Shown one piece after another: positions 61,698-64,000 of a stretch of DNA of 64,000 bases (positions are counted from its first letter, which is position 1; each line of letters begins with the position of its first letter). The stretch spans positions 1,089-65,088 of the forward strand of contig JBIIYJ010000002.1 in NCBI GenBank assembly GCA_044346855.1, written 5' to 3'. The DNA is from Kiritimatiellia bacterium (GTDB taxonomy: Bacteria; Verrucomicrobiota; Kiritimatiellia; CAIKKV01). Made by a program: the position numbers and the translations under genes. Under the pieces are notes generated by a model. The model was not told the origin of the DNA, ran no database searches, and saw only the letters and a list, made by a program, of their open reading frames with translations.

Positions 61698-62822
61698 TTA
61701 AACGGACCAGATCGTGAATGCGATGTGGCGCACGCCGCCATCCTGCTGGATGGAATCGGACTTGCCGTTGAAGTAATAGACCGTGACCAGCTTCCCGTCC
61801 GGCCGCAGCATGGTGCGGGGGTAGCCCAGGTCCCAGCTTCCGCCGTCGTCGCGCAGCACGATCTCATCGCCCCACGTGCGGCCGCCGTCCCGGCTCACGG
61901 TCGCGCGCACGCCGTAGGGCGGCTGGCGGTACCCGTACACGCACACGAGCCGGCCATCCGGCAATTCCACCAGGTTGGCCGGCGCGCCCCAGTCGTTCGG
62001 CCGTGAGAGGAACCGCCACGACCGGCCGCCGTCGTCCGACTCGTAGACCTGCGTATGCGCGTTGTAGGCCGCGCCGTATTGCCGGCGCACGGCGGCCAGG
62101 ATGCGGCCGTCCCGCAGCAGGATCGGATACGGCATGATGGCCATGGGCTGGGTCGGGCTCGGCGTGATCTCGCCGATCAGGCCCCACGTATAACCGCCGT
62201 TGCGACTGCCGAACACCAGCGGAATGGCCTCCTTCTCGGCGGGCGTGAAGCCGGCGGTCTCGCCGGCGGGCACGTTCAGCCGGCTGCCGTGCGCGAACAG
62301 GAGCAGCATGCCGTCGGGCCGCACGATCGCGCTTGGCCGGCCATACAGCGCGAAGAAGCCGCACGGCGGCACCCGGACCATCGGCGCCCACGTGTGACCG
62401 CGGTCCGTGGAGACCAGCACGTAAAGCCGGTCGCGCAGGCTCTCGGGCGGGATGCCGTAGCCGGCGACGAGGCAGAAGCCGTCGGCGGACGGATTGCGGT
62501 TATTCAGCGCGGGAAGCCCCGGAACCCAAGAGGTGGCGGCCACCTGGTCATCCAACACGGCCCTTTGGAAAACCGTTTCGACTGTTTCGACCGGCCAAGT
62601 CGCCCCGCCATCGAAGGAGCGGATGATGATCTGCTGGCACATATTCTGGTCTATGGCATTATGCCCCACACTCCCGGGCGTGGCATACGTGCAGGGGGCG
62701 CGCATGAAACTGACGGCCAGTTCCCCGTCCGCAAACTGCCAGAAACCCCCGTTGAACGGCCAGGCGCAGAACTCCCCGTCATTCCGATACACGACCCCGT
62801 GTTCCATTCCATGCGCATTCAT
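61698..62822 (-). CDS. BNR-repeat sialidase-like glycoside hydrolase (six-bladed propeller)
   Basis: 374 aa with four BNR/Asp-box motifs: SFDGGATW, STDRGHTW, SDDGGRSW and SRDGGRTW. Confidence 0.85.
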   Translation of the reverse strand: MNAHGMEHGVVYRNDGEFCAWPFNGGFWQFADGELAVSFMRAPCTYATPGSVGHNAIDQNMCQQIIIRSFDGGATWPVETVETVFQRAVLDDQVAATSWVPGLPALNNRNPSADGFCLVAGYGIPPESLRDRLYVLVSTDRGHTWAPMVRVPPCGFFALYGRPSAIVRPDGMLLLFAHGSRLNVPAGETAGFTPAEKEAIPLVFGSRNGGYTWGLIGEITPSPTQPMAIMPYPILLRDGRILAAVRRQYGAAYNAHTQVYESDDGGRSWRFLSRPNDWGAPANLVELPDGRLVCVYGYRQPPYGVRATVSRDGGRTWGDEIVLRDDGGSWDLGYPRTMLRPDGKLVTVYYFNGKSDSIQQDGGVRHIAFTIWSV

Positions 62823-63549
62823 CGGCTGCTGCTCCCCGGGGTCAAAGTTGTAAATCGATTTATTAATATCGTAAGAATGGTCCGCCTCTGCAAGATCATA
62901 TTTTACCCCATATTTACCCCGAACTCAACCGGACGAGAAGAATGATATGGTTGATCCCTCGGCCCGCCACAATGGTGCCGTCCCGAATCATGGAGGCCCG
63001 CGGGAAGAAGTGGGCATCGCCGCCGGCTCCCGGGGGCAGCACCCGCAGGTGCGGAAACGGGCCGTACGACGCCAGGCTTCCGGCGGCCTCGTCCACGGGC
63101 CACAGGCCCAGCCCGGGTTCGTCAAGCAGGCCTTCTCGCACGACGGCCGGGTTGATCGTGATCATATACCTGTATTGCCATTGTGTCCTCGGTCAGGCTG
63201 CCTGGATGATCTCCTTGAGCCTGGCGGCGGACACCAGCCACTCCCGGATTTCGTTCCACTTGGGTCCCGGTGGGCGTGCCAGTCACCAACTCGTTTTGCC
63301 TGTTGGGAAATGCATGTCATTGGCTGCCGCCCTTCGGCAGTTCCGAAGCTTGGCTCTGGTCGTGCCGGGTATCGCGAGCCGGCTGAGCTTGACGAACAAG
63401 TTGAGCCGAGCTTCGCTTCGGCAGCACGGTGACTGACTTCACCCCTACAAAATTGGTTCATAATAAGATTGCATGTATTAAATCAGTTCGGGAAAATGCC
63501 ATTACATTTTGGGACAATTGCCCCAACGAGAAGACAAGGGGGTGAGGCC

Positions 63550-64000
63550 ATGAATAGACCAAAAGCTATCGGTCTCGTTGTTGTTGCCTCAGTCTTGTTG
63601 TCAAATCTGGCCCAAGCGGTGGCTGAACCCAGTCAAAAACCTGGCATTCCGATAACGGACATAGGAGCCGTGGCGGGCATGCAATACACAGGCGACGGGC
63701 TTTCCGTGTCTGCCAAAGGCGATGGCGCTTTGCTAAGCTGCCTTTCCCAGCGGTTGGAAGGAGAAGCGACACCGGAAGGACTCTGGCTAAATTCAACCGT
63801 GGAGAGTCAGCAGGTGGCGCGCTTTTCGGTGAAGGCAGTCGGACTGGGGCGACAGGATCCACTCGCCTATTTGCCAGATCGCGGACCCGTTTCCATTGCG
63901 GATCCCGTGGTCCGTTGGACGCGGCCGGGCTTGATCGAGGAATACTCGGCCAGCCTGGATGGCTTGCGGCAGGATTTCGTTGTCCTCGAAAAGCCGGCCG
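63550..64000 (+). CDS. Secreted protein, N-terminal part only (runs off the right edge)
   Basis: Edge-open ORF, so absent from the track. The ATG at 63550 follows AAGGGGGTGAGG. Sequence is MNRPKAIGLVVVASVLLSNLAQAVAEPSQKPGIPITDIGAVAGMQYTGDGLSV...RWTRPGLIEEYSASLDGLRQDFVVLEKPA, with a signal peptide. GC is lower than the window average. Confidence 0.6.
   Translation, partial: MNRPKAIGLVVVASVLLSNLAQAVAEPSQKPGIPITDIGAVAGMQYTGDGLSVSAKGDGALLSCLSQRLEGEATPEGLWLNSTVESQQVARFSVKAVGLGRQDPLAYLPDRGPVSIADPVVRWTRPGLIEEYSASLDGLRQDFVVLEKPA

Noticed and set aside
62914-63165. 83-aa minus-strand ORF (MITINPAVVREGLLDEPGLGLWPVDEAAG...)
   Set aside because: It could be a remnant N-terminus of a glycoside hydrolase or a small real gene. 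There is no RBS, motif or paralogue to support it, so it is left uncalled.
63186-63308. 40-aa minus-strand ORF (MHFPTGKTSWWLARPPGPKWNEIREWLVSAARLKEIIQAA)
   Set aside because: It is too short, with no start context or recognisable family. It lies in repeat-containing intergenic DNA.
63469-63497. TTGCAT-17-GAAAAT promoter-like sequence upstream of the 63550 gene
   Set aside because: The -10 hexamer is weak and there is a single occurrence only. It is plausible but not strong enough to list as a feature.

Overview
High-GC (spot counts about 65-68%) bacterial chromosomal window. Gene content points to a PVC-type glycan degrader (sulfatase, GH2, BNR sialidase-like proteins, beta-helix surface proteins); that lineage call is inference only. 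I support about 50 protein genes, one tRNA-Arg(TCT), one IS110-family insertion sequence, one decayed GIY-YIG pseudogene and several families of short intergenic repeats. Recognisable blocks are: (1) a REC-PAS-HK-REC sensor kinase translationally coupled to MurNAc salvage genes (NamZ-like, then a MurU/AmgK fusion); (2) an operon of sugar kinase, SIS, SIS, archaeal-type thymidylate-synthase homologue and CoaB; (3) lacZ, two URO-D-like genes and a Cys-rich four-helix copper-storage-like protein; (4) an AGCS symporter, SGNH hydrolase and a short orphan glycyl radical enzyme, all coupled; (5) a LacI-headed locus with two about 1,150-1,200-aa paralogous secreted enzymes. The best candidate for an undescribed system is the compact, lower-GC, minus-strand cassette at 335-7104. 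It has its own sigma70-like promoter and encodes an M23 lipoprotein, an 83-aa acidic protein, a TM-less VirD4/TraG-like ATPase, a 935-aa PH-like/5TM/helical-repeat protein and a secreted YidD-like protein. No other type IV secretion or conjugation genes are visible. Many long ORFs in the track are antisense shadow ORFs typical of high-GC DNA, and I rejected them. All family assignments come from motifs read by eye; no database search was run.
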